Below are positions 12,526 to 24,526 of a DNA stretch of 64,000 nt, in pieces. Source of the stretch: Anthoceros angustus (Eukaryota > Plantae > Anthocerotophyta); NCBI GenBank assembly GCA_010909165.1, contig MU008178.1, positions 1 through 64,000 on the forward strand, read 5' to 3'. Numbering within the stretch: the stretch's first letter is position 1; every line of letters begins with the position of its first letter. The notes under the pieces are model-generated. The model was not told the origin of the DNA. It ran no database searches and saw only the letters and a program-made list of their open reading frames with translations. Made by a program: the position numbers and the translations under genes.

Positions 12526-13340
12526 ATGGCGGCAGCCGCAGGCGTAGCGACTGTCACAGGGTGGCAGACTCGCTGCCGTTTCCAGACGCAGGCGAGCATC
12601 ACCTGTAGAAGTTGCCCTAGTGTGTGCAATGCAGCGTCGCCTGCGGCGCTGTGGAGCTCTCCCGGCGGCGTAGGATTCGGTGGTCAGGGATTCAGGGAAT
12701 GCCGTGCTGCGGAGTTGCGGTCCGTTGGCGTGAGGCCTCGTGGAGCCCGGCCTTGTACGAGGGCCTCTGCGCAGGGGGATGAGTTTCAGGTGCGCAGGCT
12801 GCTTGTTTCAGCGTGAGCTTGTTTTTGCAGATGAGATTTAGCAGATGTGCAGCATTGCTGCCTGCTGTGTCAGAGTGGATGCATTCAGTGGATAGCTCGG
12901 TTACTTGTGCCCGGTTGTACAGACGACCTCGCAGTCGGGAGTGAAAACCAAAAGCATCCTTTGCACAAACTGCACGGGGAACGGTGAGTGTCCACTGACG
13001 CCAGTCTAGGGTTTCTGCATGCTAGTCTGTGGTCTAAAACTCTTGCTGATTTTCGCAGGGGCTGTTGTGTGTTCCCAGTGTAATGGAGAAGGCGTGAATG
13101 CGGTGGATCACTTCAATGGCCGGTTCAAAGCAGGCCAAATTTGCTGGCTGTGCAGGTACTCTGTATTCCATTCGCTATGCACCTGTCCCGAGCCCTGCCA
13201 GTGACATCTTTCTGTACCTGAGTTTACCTTTCTCCCTGGCTGTGTCGATGTAATCCTGCAGGGGCAAGAAACAAATGCTCTGCGGAGAGTGCAATGGTGC
13301 TGGATTCATTGGTGGCTTTCTGAATACGCAAGACGATTAG
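12526..13340 (+). CDS. BSD2: BSD2 DnaJ-like zinc-finger Rubisco assembly chaperone; exons 12526-12789, 12923-12983, 13059-13155, 13262-13340
   Basis: Splices in frame to a transit peptide plus CTNCTGNGAVVCSQCNGEGVNAVDHFNGRFKAGQICWLCRGKKQMLCGECNGAGFIGGFLNTQDD*. All introns are GT-AG. Confidence 0.93.
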
Positions 13341-13883
13341 GGCCTGCAACACCCTAGGCCAGCATATCGCGGTCACCTTTTCGGCTATTATTCACGCCGA
13401 ACTAGTATCTCATCGTTTGTGCACTGAAGTAGAGATTCCGAAGTAAACTGCTTGTTTCTACTTCATACAGTCCAGACGCAATCAGCGTGGTCGACGTGTC
13501 TGAGTCTGGGTCATCCTCACGAGGCTTATCCGAGAAGATAAAAGGTTCAATATAAGTTATAATCTTCATTCAATTGTACGGTGGAAACATTCTTTAATCA
13601 AAAGAGGCTGCACAGCGGCTAGTGTATACAGAGTATGTAAAGACTTTTTGAACCCGCTTGCAGTGGTTCGCACATGGAACCAAGATCTGCCGCAGGAGGC
13701 CGTAGATCGAACTTGACTGTTAAATTCTCTGCGTATTTTCTCCAAGGGGCACAGAGAAAATGTTAGGCAAGTCAAAACGACTCTCACAAGAGAGTTCTCA
13801 CAAAGTACACAGTCCCGAGGACAGTTCTTCAATCGCAAGAACATCCATGCTGAACCTGAAGATCTGACTACAGTTCGACCACC

Positions 13884-14792
13884 CTAGGCCGCAGCCTCCT
13901 GCTTGGCGGCCTCTTCAAAAGTCTCGCCCTCTACCAGCTCAGGCACGTCCTCATCGTCGTCATCTGCCGCACCAGACTCTTGCCTCTGGTACTGCTGAGC
14001 TATCTTTTTCAAGTTGGCCAAGTTGTCCGGACCTGCACAAAAGAACGAACAGAACACATGTCACTCGACGAGGCTAATAGAGACCACAGCGAAATTTGGC
14101 TGGCAGAGCACTAACCAAGCTGGTTGATGATGCCTGGAAGCAGATCTTGCAGCTCTGGTAACAGTCCAACATTTCTTAACGTCAGTGGGCGTTCAAAATG
14201 ACCACTCAAGGCCAAACTTATTAGCCACTTCCAGCAAACCACAAGAGTGTGGACTTCGCCACAAAACCAAGGCACAAAAAATAAGCAGCACATACTCTTC
14301 GTTTGCGACGGTCCGCTAACAACCCACGTGTTTGCAGCGATGGACGCTTGCACTGCAAGGAAAAACATACAGACGTCAGAATTTGCGGGTATGTTTAAGT
14401 AAAAGTGCTACATTCCCAGAAAACTGTGAACAAGTCGAAGACCATACCATAAACACATGGTAGTGAACACATACGGGACCAAGCCTCAGCTCACCTTTGG
14501 GATTGGAAAAATGAATAACGGTCTCATCCTTGAAGATATTGACCTCCTCAATTCCGGGTATCGTGTTGACACCCAATCTTTTCAAGGTGTTCTGCAACCT
14601 TTTGTCATCCGTAGTAGTGGTTTTATGCACGGCCTTCTTCTTCCTGCACCAGCAATCCCAGCCCCCATCAGTACTCAGCGAAACCACAAACCCCATCCCA
14701 CCACAACCCTCCGACGAAGCTCACCTCCTAACGCTGCCCTTCCCACCAGTGCGGACCGCACTGGCCATCTTCATCAGCTTCTCCCTATTCAT
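13884..14792 (-). CDS. BTF3: Nascent polypeptide-associated complex beta subunit; exons 14792-14725, 14643-14495, 14352-14296, 14154-14116, 14032-13884
   Basis: Splices in frame: [49 protein letters not shown]...[14 protein letters not shown]...[17 protein letters not shown]...[16 protein letters not shown]. Confidence 0.95.
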
Positions 14793-15284
14793 CTACAACA
14801 CGCGCAAGGCATCCACAATGTCAGCACGTGCTCCCAGCCGCACCACATTGCCAAGAACAAGAACCCGGCCAGGGAAGCCGCGGTGACACACACCGCGAGC
14901 TGAGACGCGGTCACGAGAGGTCACGTGAGGTTAGGCGGTAAGGCAAGGCACGATGTGCGGGCGCCCAAGGGCGGCGGCAACCGGCGGTGGCAAAGCGCAA
15001 GATTTCACAGACAGTGGCGCGGCCACCACACGCAGATATACCTTGGCTTGGCTTCGGATGGATCGGGCAAGGGCTAAACCCTGAAGCGGCTGCGCTCCTG
15101 CGTCTGAGGCTGAGCGGCGTCAGCTGGGAAGAGCCTTGCCCCTTTTTGTTTGGGCTTTGCTAAAACCTAAGCCCTCTGGCTAAACTCGGGCTAAGGTTGC
15201 GCCGGCCCTGCCACTTCGGATAAACCCAATTACGCCGAGCACGCCTGTAGGGCTCTGGAGGGTTTGAGCACAGCTTTGTAAACT

Positions 15285-15345
15285 CTACTAGAAGTAGGCA
15301 CACATATATGCATGTGTGTGCCTACTTCTAGTAGGCACACACATA
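15285..15345. other. Two overlapping palindromes
   Basis: CTACTAGAAGTAGGCACACA..TGTGTGCCTACTTCTAGTAG, and GTGTGTGCCTAC-TTCTA-GTAGGCACACAC. Confidence 0.8.
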
Positions 15346-16199
15346 TACCTTGGATAATATATTCAACAAGGTGGACTCTTAGAAAAAATAAAAAGGCCTA
15401 TTTAGATATTCTGTTCTTTCTTGTAGTTTATGGTACGACCGGACAAATTTAGAGCTTGTTAAATATTTTAGGATTTTTTTTAGTTGGAAGTAATATAACG
15501 AAATGCCTCTCCAACAACAAATATAGGTTTTTCCATCTCCCAAACTATGATATTATCTAAATCTAAAATCTTATACAAATTCATAAGTGATATATGTTTT
15601 GACTGTAATAACTTGATAATCTGTGTATGCTAGACTTCTTGGTTACAACAATCTCATCTAACTTGCTAGCACCTAGTTCCCTTAGCTTAAGACTCAATCT
15701 AACACGATATTGGCAAAAAAGTAGTTAGCTACTGGCAACTCCAATGTGACAGAAAATGCAAAGGCAAAGACTCTCAATCACAAGAAGAGGTGCTTGTCTT
15801 TGAGGGTATGCAAATGGATTGGTACAAGCCAGCTTTTTTGTTGTTTCCTAATGCTTCAAATGCAAAGAGCAATTTGGGTTGTACAGAGTTCTCTACGTTA
15901 TTTGACAATCTCCCGAACACAACTCCTGCTAGTAGTAGAAGAGTCGTAAGGTGGCTAGAGAACCTTAAACAACTTGAACAATAGAATTGTCAGATAATGG
16001 TATAGAGTTTATCCATCCTAATCTATCATAGGTAGATGCAAATTTTGGGCTTGAATTTATACCACTTCCGATCACAATTGTGAGGCAACTTCTCATATTT
16101 GTAGTGAAGTTGAGTCTCATGTTCAAGAGAAGGTTGACTTTAACAACACAAGCTCGGGCTTTCCGTTCTAAAAAAGGAACTCTTGATTAAACTCAGAAT

Positions 16200-16600
16200 G
16201 ACGAATCTACTCAAAACGAGTCTTTGAAGATACAGATCACTTCATACACTTATTTTTACCCATATTCTGAACTCACCAACCTTGAGCACATATTCTGGTG
16301 GCCTTGTCCTTCAATATCATGTTTTAAAAAAAATAAAAAATAAAAAAATACCTTTCAATATCTGAAGACTGGTACAAAGCCATATAGAAGAGGTTTTAGA
16401 GGCTTTGAATACAGAAGAGCGCTCTACTATCGAGAGCCCATAGAGGGTGGGCAAAGTAGGGAATCGGCATAATTACCCCACACTTTCATACCAAGAAAGG
16501 CAAAAGATCTAGGGGTCGCAAATCTGGTCAAGCCAACGGAAGTCTCGTATGGCGAAGCCTGGAGATGTCTAAAGAAGAAAATGACAAAGAGAAAGCAAAA
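16200..16600 (+). mobile_element. Possible L1-type LINE C-terminal remnant
   Basis: IPRKAKDLGVANL...AWRCL resembles the PKxxGGLGxxxL...W motif, and LEHIFWWPCP resembles the zf-RVT EHxFWxC motif. Highly degenerate. Confidence 0.3.
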
Positions 16601-17810
16601 CAAAAACATTTTGTCTCCAGTCTGCCAATCTGACATCTACCTCAAAGATTCCAATAGATGCTTTTAACCCATGATAGTTCATGCGTTGGGACGATGTGGC
16701 TAGTGCACGAGCAGCAGGCCAGCTTAGGCTAGTCCCCAGCCATCCTTAGGGCAGACCACATTCCGCTCCGTTCCATTGTCTAAAACCAGCTAGCAAAGAC
16801 CAAGGACAATGGGGAAACCCCAAGCCCGGCGTTTCTAACCCGGTGGTCCCGAAACCCTAGAAGAATTCGTGACCAATGTTAGAAATCAAACACCAAAACC
16901 CAAGGACAAAGGGAAAGCCTCAAGCAGATCGTTTCAAATTGTCCTTGGATTTCGCAACCTACGGTTTTTGGTAACTATAGCTAGGTTAAATATTCAAATA
17001 TCGAAACCCAATGAGTAGGCAATAAATGCGGTAAATATTCAAGACAATAGCTCATTCACACTGTACACCAGAGAACAAGGAGTCTTCTTGGAGAGAATGC
17101 ACGGGAAACACATGTCGGCCTCAAGACGGCTGCAAAAGCATAGGAAGGGGCCCCGCAAGTCCATCTCCATTCCCGCCAATGCACTGCGTCACGAAGGGAG
17201 AGACTACCACGTCATCTTTCAACTCTATTCACACAGGGTTCTCTTCCAGACACTGGTCTACTACATCTATACTGCAGTTCAAAGAGCGCAAACACTGTAG
17301 GCAAGAAGGACACCTCATCAAGCGCGGTAAAGGCCGGTTCTAGGTCAAGGCTATGTCAACCTGAGAGCGTTGTTCTTTCTCTGAGGCTTTTGCATTCTTG
17401 AGACTTGTTTGCTCGTACTGTCCGCTATAGAGCTCTTACTTTTTACAACTAGCAATGGGTGCAAAAAGCTAAGAAGATAGAATGCCATGCCGAGAAGGAC
17501 ATCGAGACAAGGCGATTGGCAACGGCGGCCTTCTGCGCCGGGGATGGAGCCGTTGAGGCCACACTGGAAGGGAATGCTTCGTTGGACCCAGCGATGGTTG
17601 TGAAAACAAGAACTTGGCACATGCTACTTTGATCTTAGGGTCGACGCCTCAAAACCTAAAAGGTAAGTGGGTGCAGGTGAAGAAGTTGAGGACGCAGGCA
17701 CAAGTCTAAGAGGACAATTGCGACGAGGACGAGAGGGCACATGGAGGATCCCATAGTTTGCAAGGTACTTGTGGAGGCAAGGGGGGGAATTGGGGACGAG
17801 CTAAGCACGG

Positions 17811-17993
17811 TGTTACGATAGGCATCATTAGGTTAAGCCTAAACACATATGTCATGAATAAGCACGTTAGGGTTATATATGAACGGGTATGTATATAGTA
17901 CTTAAAAACATTTTTGTGTATGAGATTGTCATTATCAAATCTACTAAAGTGAGTTTGTTCTTTAGCTTCTTCTCGCTCCGCTCGATATTTTCA
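17811..17993 (+). repeat. 5' LTR (183 bp)
   Basis: TGTTACGATAGG...GATATTTTCA, followed by an iMet-type PBS. Confidence 0.96.
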
Positions 17994-18036
17994 TGGTATC
18001 AGAGCATGGTGCTCTGCTTCCTGCTGGATTTTGACA

Positions 18037-18694
18037 ATGCCGAGGCGAGGAGGCCGTAGAGGACATCAGAGTGGTGTGCCCCCAAGAAATTTCCACAAGG
18101 AGGCCCACACACGAAGACAAACAGCAGGTGTTCCGATTGATACCTTGCTGGACCTCTACGAACACGACCATCCTGCCCTCTGGCTACAACGTTTTGTGGC
18201 ACAACGAAGAACCCCACCTGGACCAACCTGGATCAGAACTCGCAACCAGGAAATTGACCGACTCTACAGGGAGCGTTGTCACAGGAGAGGACAGAATTCA
18301 AATTTGTTCTTTAATCCTACGGCAGATCAGAATCCTCATTTGCTTTTCCGCCCTAGGAACGCTGTGACTCCCTCCTGTTCCAGTCTTCTTCCTCTGCCAC
18401 AACAACGAAGAGACAACAATCTTAGAGCAGCCCCACAGCCTAGGATCAGCGCTAATGAGAGATGGCTGCCCTGGCTAAATCTTGAAAAGGTGTCGACTTT
18501 GTCACAGCAAACCAGAATCTTACGAGGCGGCTGAGCCATACTGCAACAGGCTTGCCATCTCAAATCTCAAACGGGAAATCAAGGAGGATTTGAATTACAT
18601 CACCTATTCCCTTGAAATGCTGAATCTGAGGCTTCAGGATCAGCAAATTGGATGCAAGGACTCTGTTGTTGGGCAGATGGCTTATCAATCCTGA
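18037..18694 (+). CDS. Extra sense ORF(s) between PBS and gag: 165 aa (18037-18534) plus an overlapping coiled-coil-like frame to 18694
   Basis: MPRRGGRRGHQSGVPPRNF... and ...SNLKREIKEDLNYITYSLEMLNLRLQDQQ. No recognised domain. Confidence 0.45.
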
Positions 18695-19164
18695 AATTTT
18701 CCGCTGCATTTTGAGTGGAGCAATCCTGGCGCAGGGGCAACCCCAGCCAGGATCTGAAGCGGCGGCATGGAACATACACCCCTTCACCATGCAACTTTTG
18801 TCTGCACCTGATTCGTCCAACTGTGAATGTCTATTCACAAGATAGGGACATGACGGTTAGCTTCAACCCTAATCTTTAGTTTAGTTTCTTGAAGCGACAT
18901 ATTTTTTTAGGGTTATGCCTATAAGCGCAACTGTTCACTAGTGTCTGAAAGGTAGTTGAGGAGTTCAGCACAAGAAGGGCGTATCTTTTTGGTACCCCCT
19001 CCTTTGGCTGAACCCTTCCAATTACCCTTCCTGCACTTAATGGTCAGTCTCTGCGACTAAAGCATGAAATTGAGCAAACTATGCATGGATACTTATCTGC
19101 CCTATAGGAACCATTGTTCCTTATAGTCTTTCTGTTATCCGTGTCTTCACCTGAAAGTCCAAAC

Positions 19165-22100
19165 ATGGCTGCTCCAAATTCACATCCACATATAGCCCCG
19201 GCACTATCCTTTACTTCAGAACTGAAGGAAAAGGATCGGTTTAAGGGCAGTGGTTACCTCATTTGGCGAGTCAGGATTAAGGCCATCATGTCTGCTCGAG
19301 GAGTGTGGCCAGTCCTTGATGGCACTTTCAAGCAGCCTGATCCTACCACACACCCAGATGATCACGCCAAGTGGATGCATCACAATGGGATTGCAATGGC
19401 CATCCTTATCAACGGCCTTGATGCAGATCTTGTGCCCGATGTTGAATTCCTTGACACAGCACGAGAGATATGGACTCAGCTGGAGACCACCTACCATTCC
19501 ACTAACATGCTTTCCCTGTCGGCTGTTAGAATGGAATTCTATGCTTTGAAAATGAGGGAGGGAGAGAAGATCGCTGTACATACCAGCAAGTTTCGCCATT
19601 TGAGAGCTCAGATCACGTCGCTGACTGGGAACAAAATGCCGGAAGTCGAAGCTGTATCTCAGCTGTTGATTAGTCTCCCACCCTCTTACCAAAGCTTTGT
19701 CACAGCACAGAATGGACCTGTGAAGCCTGCTTCTGCTGGCGCTGTCGCTGCTGCTGCCCCCACTGTTGAGGACATCATCGGCGCACTCTACCAGGAGGAG
19801 CAGGCCCGCACTCTCTCTGGCCATGCTCCTAAGAACAAGGCAGAGCGGGTGTTAGCTGTGAACACTCGCCCTTTCAAAGGCAAGGGCAAGTTCAGGGGGT
19901 GGAATAACACACCTGGAGGCTCTGCTGGGCAGCGAACTGATTCCACCAGCAGCTCTTCCACAAAACGACCAGGTTCTTGTAACTGGTGTGGTACCCCTGG
20001 GCATTGGGCAAGAGAATGCCGTCGTAAAAGGCAGGTGAGCCACAACGCCCGCCCAGAGCCAATGCTGCTGTCAAAGAGAAAAACTCTGGCGATATGAAAG
20101 CACCAGTCAAGATACTCACTGTCTGCCTTTCCAGTTCGCTGAATGATGACGGCAGCTGGTATTTGGACTCCGGGGCTACAACTCACATTTGTAAAGACAG
20201 GGAGTTGTTCACTTCTCTTAACCTTGGTCATGTCCATGACAAGGTGTTGCTTGGAGATGAGCAGAGTACCACCAGTCTGCGCATAGAGGGCAGAGGTACT
20301 TGTGTCTTCAGGCTGCATGACAACACAGATCTCAAGTTAGACGAAGTTCTGTATGTTCCAAGCATGGCCAAGAACCTCATGTCTATGAGTCAGTTGTTAC
20401 GTTCTCGTACCTTTTGCATGCGGGCTGATTTCAATCACTGCTCCTTCTATAGGAAGACATATCCAGATACGTGCATCTTCAAGGGCATATTGGATCATGA
20501 CCTGTATAGGTTGAACATAACCTGTAACCCTGCCATTGTCCTCCAACATGCTGCACATTCCATGACAAGTAATTCTGTTAGTGCAAAGCAGGAGTCAGTC
20601 TTATGGCACGCTAGGCTAGGACATATAAACAGGTCAAAGCTGATCGACATGTCCGTGATGGAATGTCACAGAGAGCCGTTACCTAAATGCTTTAAGGATT
20701 TACCAGTCTGTGAATCCTGCATCCTGGCCAAGCAGAAGGAATCACCTTTCCCTAATGCTCCTGCACACAGAGCCACACAGGTCTTGGAATTAGTCCATGC
20801 TGACATATCGGGCAAAATACATGAGCCATCCTTAGGAGGTTCACAATATTTCTTCACCTTGACGGATGGCTACAGCCGGTATACATGGACATTTCCTATG
20901 CGTCTGAAAAGTGATACTTTCAACTGTTTCAAGGAATGGCTCTTGACTGCTCAGAGACAATCTGGAATGCCTCTCAAGATCTTAAGGACAGACAATGGGT
21001 CGGAGTTTGTGAACTTATCTTTTGATGAACTGCTTCAAGAGAATGGTATTCTTCGACAATTAACTGTTCCCTACACACCACAACAGAACGGGGTTTCAGA
21101 GAGGAAAAACCAAACATTGTTAGGAATGACAAGGAGCATGTTGATATGGGCGAAGCTGCAGGCTCTTGAGGTGAGGCGGTTGTGACAACCTATATTACGA
21201 GCGAGTCCTTACGAGCTCATCCCACAAGACACCATACGAAACATTCTGGAACAAAAGGCCGAGTCTTCTTCATCTGCGTGTTTTTGGGTCAAAGGCATAT
21301 GCACATATTCCTGTTGAAAAACGCAAGAAGTTAGATGCTCGTGCACAAGCCCTTATCTTTGTAGGATACAGTGAACATGTAAAGGCCTACAAACTCTACA
21401 ATCCAGAAACAGATTCAATGGTGCTTGCGAGGAGTGTCGTCTTCCTAGAGCCTGTTCAGCCCAGGGACATATCATCCACCGAGTCTGTTCCCACATTCGG
21501 TGGTTCTGATATTCTAGATGCTGAAGAGATAGCAGAATATCCCCTGGATGACATGGAACTTGCTGCTGCCCCACCATTTATTCCTGCTCCTGCTGCTGCA
21601 GATGATGATTGGCAACCAGTGGAGGCTCTTGATGCGGAGCAGGGTCCTGTCCCAGGCCAGGATGATCCACCTGTGAGGCAGATGTGGCCCAGGATGATAT
21701 CCCTCATGGCGCCGGTAATCCTCCTGTCCAGGAACAACAAGCAAATATGCCTGATGAGGAACCTGCACCAGAACCCGAGTTGAGGAGATCGACTCGTCAT
21801 CGGCCACCACCTTCTGAATGGGCAGAGCCACGTTATCAGTCCGTGGATTTTAGGACAAACCTGGTGACTAATCCTGTCCTACCAGATGAGCCTACCTCCC
21901 TATCACAAGCCTACGATGGCCCTGAGGCTAAGCAATGGAAGATTGCAGTAGAGGATGAATACCAATCGTTAGTGAAAAATCGGACTTGGACTCTTACAGA
22001 TTTGCCTCCTGGCCGAAAGGCCATATCCTGCAAATGGGTTTTTAAAATAAAACTGAATGCCAAGGGTGAGGTTGCGAGGTTTAAAGCTAGGCTAGTGGCT

Positions 22101-23474
22101 CGAGGTTTTACACAAGTGGAGGGCCTGGACTACCAGGAAACCTTCTCGCCAGTGGTAAGAACGCAATCCATTAGACTACTGCTAGCTTATGCTACGGAGC
22201 ACGATCTGGATCTTCAGCAAATGGATGTTTGCACCGCTTTTCTATATGGGGCCTTAGACGAAGAACTCTATATGCTTCAGCCTGAGGGATACGAGAATAA
22301 GAAGCATCCCAACAAAGTCCTCAAGCTGCTCAAGTGTATTTACGGTTTAAAGCAGAGTGGGAGAGTCTGGTACTTTACCATGCACGTTTATCTGCTCACC
22401 ATTAACTTCGTTCAGGGCACAGCTGACTCCAATGTCTACAAGCTCACGGATGGCTCCTCTATTGTCATCCTTGCACTCTATGTTGATGATGTTATCCTTG
22501 CAACCAATGATCAGCTGCTGCTATCAGAAGTTAAACAGAAACTGAGCAGCAAATTCGATATGAAAGACATTGGCGAGTTGAAGTTCTGTCTTGGTATTCA
22601 GCTCTTGAGGGTTAGGTCTGAAGGACTCCTATACATTCATCAGCATAAGTACATCAGTGAGATCCTAAGGAAGTTTAACCTAGATCAAGCGCGTCCTGCC
22701 ACTACACCCTATTCCGTTGGAACAAGGCTTACCCGAGAGCAGTGTTCTGAAACAGCTGAGGAGATAGAGGATATGCGAGATGTCCCATACAGACATGCTG
22801 TGGGCAGTCTGATTTTTGTGGCCAATTGGACGCGGCCCGATATCCAATACTCTGTTAGTACAGTCTCGCAGTTTTTAGAACACCCTGGCAGGACACATTG
22901 GACGGCTGTTAAGAGGATTTTTCGTTACCTAAAAGGCACTCTCACAACAGGCTTGGTTTACAAGAGTAGCGGCCAAGGAAAGCTTACCTTGACAGGTTAT
23001 ACGGATGCCGACTGGGCTTCTGATTACGACTCTCGCCGCAGCCTGTCCACTTATTGTTTTCTCTTGGCCTCCGCTGCTGTGAACTGGAGCTGTAAGAAGC
23101 AAGCAAGCATCGCCCTCAGCTCCACCGAAGCCGAATATAAGTCCTTGACCGAGGCTTCTAAGGGAGCTGAGTGGGAGAGGAGTTTCCTTGCTGATATTGG
23201 TGAAGTGCAAAACCAGCCCACACAGCTGCTCTGCGACAATCAGTCCGCCCTTGCGTTAGTTGCCAACCCAAAATTCCACGCTCGCACGAAACATATCGAG
23301 ATCCAGCATCACTACATTCGGGACGTTGTGGAAAGGAAAGTGATCCAGGTTGGTTATGTTCAGACAGATGCAAACACAGCTGACATTCTGACTAAAGGCC
23401 TGTCCAAGCAGCTGCACTATGCACATATGGAAGGGTTGGGACTCTCAGATTTCTCAGCTTACTTCCAGCAGTAA
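19165..23474 (+). CDS. Copia gag-pol (gag, zinc knuckle, protease, integrase, RT, RNase H) with a few frameshifts near 20050, 21200 and 21700
   Basis: CNWCGTPGHWAREC, WYLDSGATTHIC, LWHARLGH, RTDNGSEF, PQQNGVSERKNQTL, FKARLVARGF, QMDVCTAFL, LYVDDVIL, GYTDADWA, ARTKHIEIQHHYIRD. Confidence 0.95.
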
Positions 23475-23673
23475 AGCAGTGAGGACTTATCTGGTTGTTG
23501 GGGGGGGTGGAAGCTTGCGCTTCCAGATTATTTTGAGGACCTCCTCTAACCCAGCCAGGCTCCTCCCTGCATATGAAAGCAAGGTTAGTACATGCATATG
23601 AACACAAGGCTGACCAGTGCAGGTGGATGAAGCTTAGAGCAATATTTAATCACCTGGCTGCTGGTCCTTTTTC

Positions 23674-24150
23674 TTACTCTTCCTCGCTGGGTATCACGTC
23701 TTTGACCTTCTCCAGTAGCTTGATAGTCTTTTGAAGCTCCTGGATTAGGCTTTGTTTCCCCGCTTCCCCTTTGAAGTCATCAGACAGGTGAGGTTTGGTC
23801 TGCCCTTTCTTCGCTTTGCCGACTATCATTGAGAAGTCCACCTGCACATGGCAAGGACCTAGGTGCGCGTACTGCCCCCAGCAGTATCGTGCATCCCAGT
23901 CCCACCCTCTAGTAGCAGTGGCTTTCCTCTCTGCGTCTGTAGTTGGAAGGCCTTCTGGTGAAGACGGAAGACTGTCCTTCACGGTTTCAGGGCTTGGTGC
24001 TCTCTTCTTCCTCTTGCTCTTGCGCTGGTTCGCCAGGTTGCTGTAGCTACGCCCGCTCCGTGTTTGCATGATGGCCAGTCTGAGCAGGTGGATGAGCGTG
24101 AACAGGACGAGCTGGATCAGCCCGATCACAGAAGCTAGGTGGGCTGCCAT
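23674..24150 (-). CDS. Antisense ORF (158 aa) between pol and the 3' LTR
   Basis: Open ATG-stop frame with a hydrophobic N-terminus, a basic RKSKRKKR stretch and a C-terminal heptad-like helix. Confidence 0.5.
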   Translation of the reverse strand: MAAHLASVIGLIQLVLFTLIHLLRLAIMQTRSGRSYSNLANQRKSKRKKRAPSPETVKDSLPSSPEGLPTTDAERKATATRGWDWDARYCWGQYAHLGPCHVQVDFSMIVGKAKKGQTKPHLSDDFKGEAGKQSLIQELQKTIKLLEKVKDVIPSEEE

Positions 24151-24343
24151 TTTGCGGCTGCCCCGTCTCGCTTTTATCCTCAGCTGGCCTTGGGGCGCAA
24201 GCGGTTGTGTACGCTACGCGAGTACTCGGCGGCTGGTGCTGTCCGCTACCGGGCGTGATGCCAGCGGTGGTTCAGCTCAAGTGCGTCGGGCTCTGCGTGA
24301 AGGAATCCTGGTCATTTCTATGTGTGTTGAGCTTAAGGGGGGG

Positions 24344-24526
24344 TGTTACGATAGGCATCATTAGGTTAAGCCTAAACACATATGTCATGAATAAGCACGT
24401 TAGGGTTATATATGAACGGGTATGTATATAGTACTTAAAAACATTTTTGTGTATGAGATTGTCATTATCAAATCTACTAAAGTGAGTTTGTTCTTTAGCT
24501 TCTTCTCGCTCCGCTCGATATTTTCA
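24344..24526 (+). repeat. 3' LTR (183 bp)
   Basis: Identical to the 5' LTR and preceded by the AAGGGGGGG PPT. Confidence 0.96.

Larger units (their letters stand above)
17811..24526 (+). mobile_element. Full-length Ty1/Copia LTR retrotransposon with identical LTRs and 5-bp TSD CACGG
   Basis: TG...CA LTRs at 17811-17993 and 24344-24526 read identical. PBS TGGTATCAGAGC at 17994-18005, PPT at 24335-24343, CACGG at 17806-17810 and 24527-24531. Confidence 0.97.

Noticed and set aside
15060-15160. Telo-box and site II motifs in the BTF3 promoter
   Set aside because: The telo-box is mismatched (AAACCCTG) and the short motifs are expected by chance.
20094-20097. ATGA stop-start overlap between gag and pol as programmed reinitiation
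   Set aside because: The pol frame is already open upstream (RANAAVKEKNSGDMK), so a 1-bp indel after the zinc knuckle explains it better. Copia gag-pol is normally one ORF.
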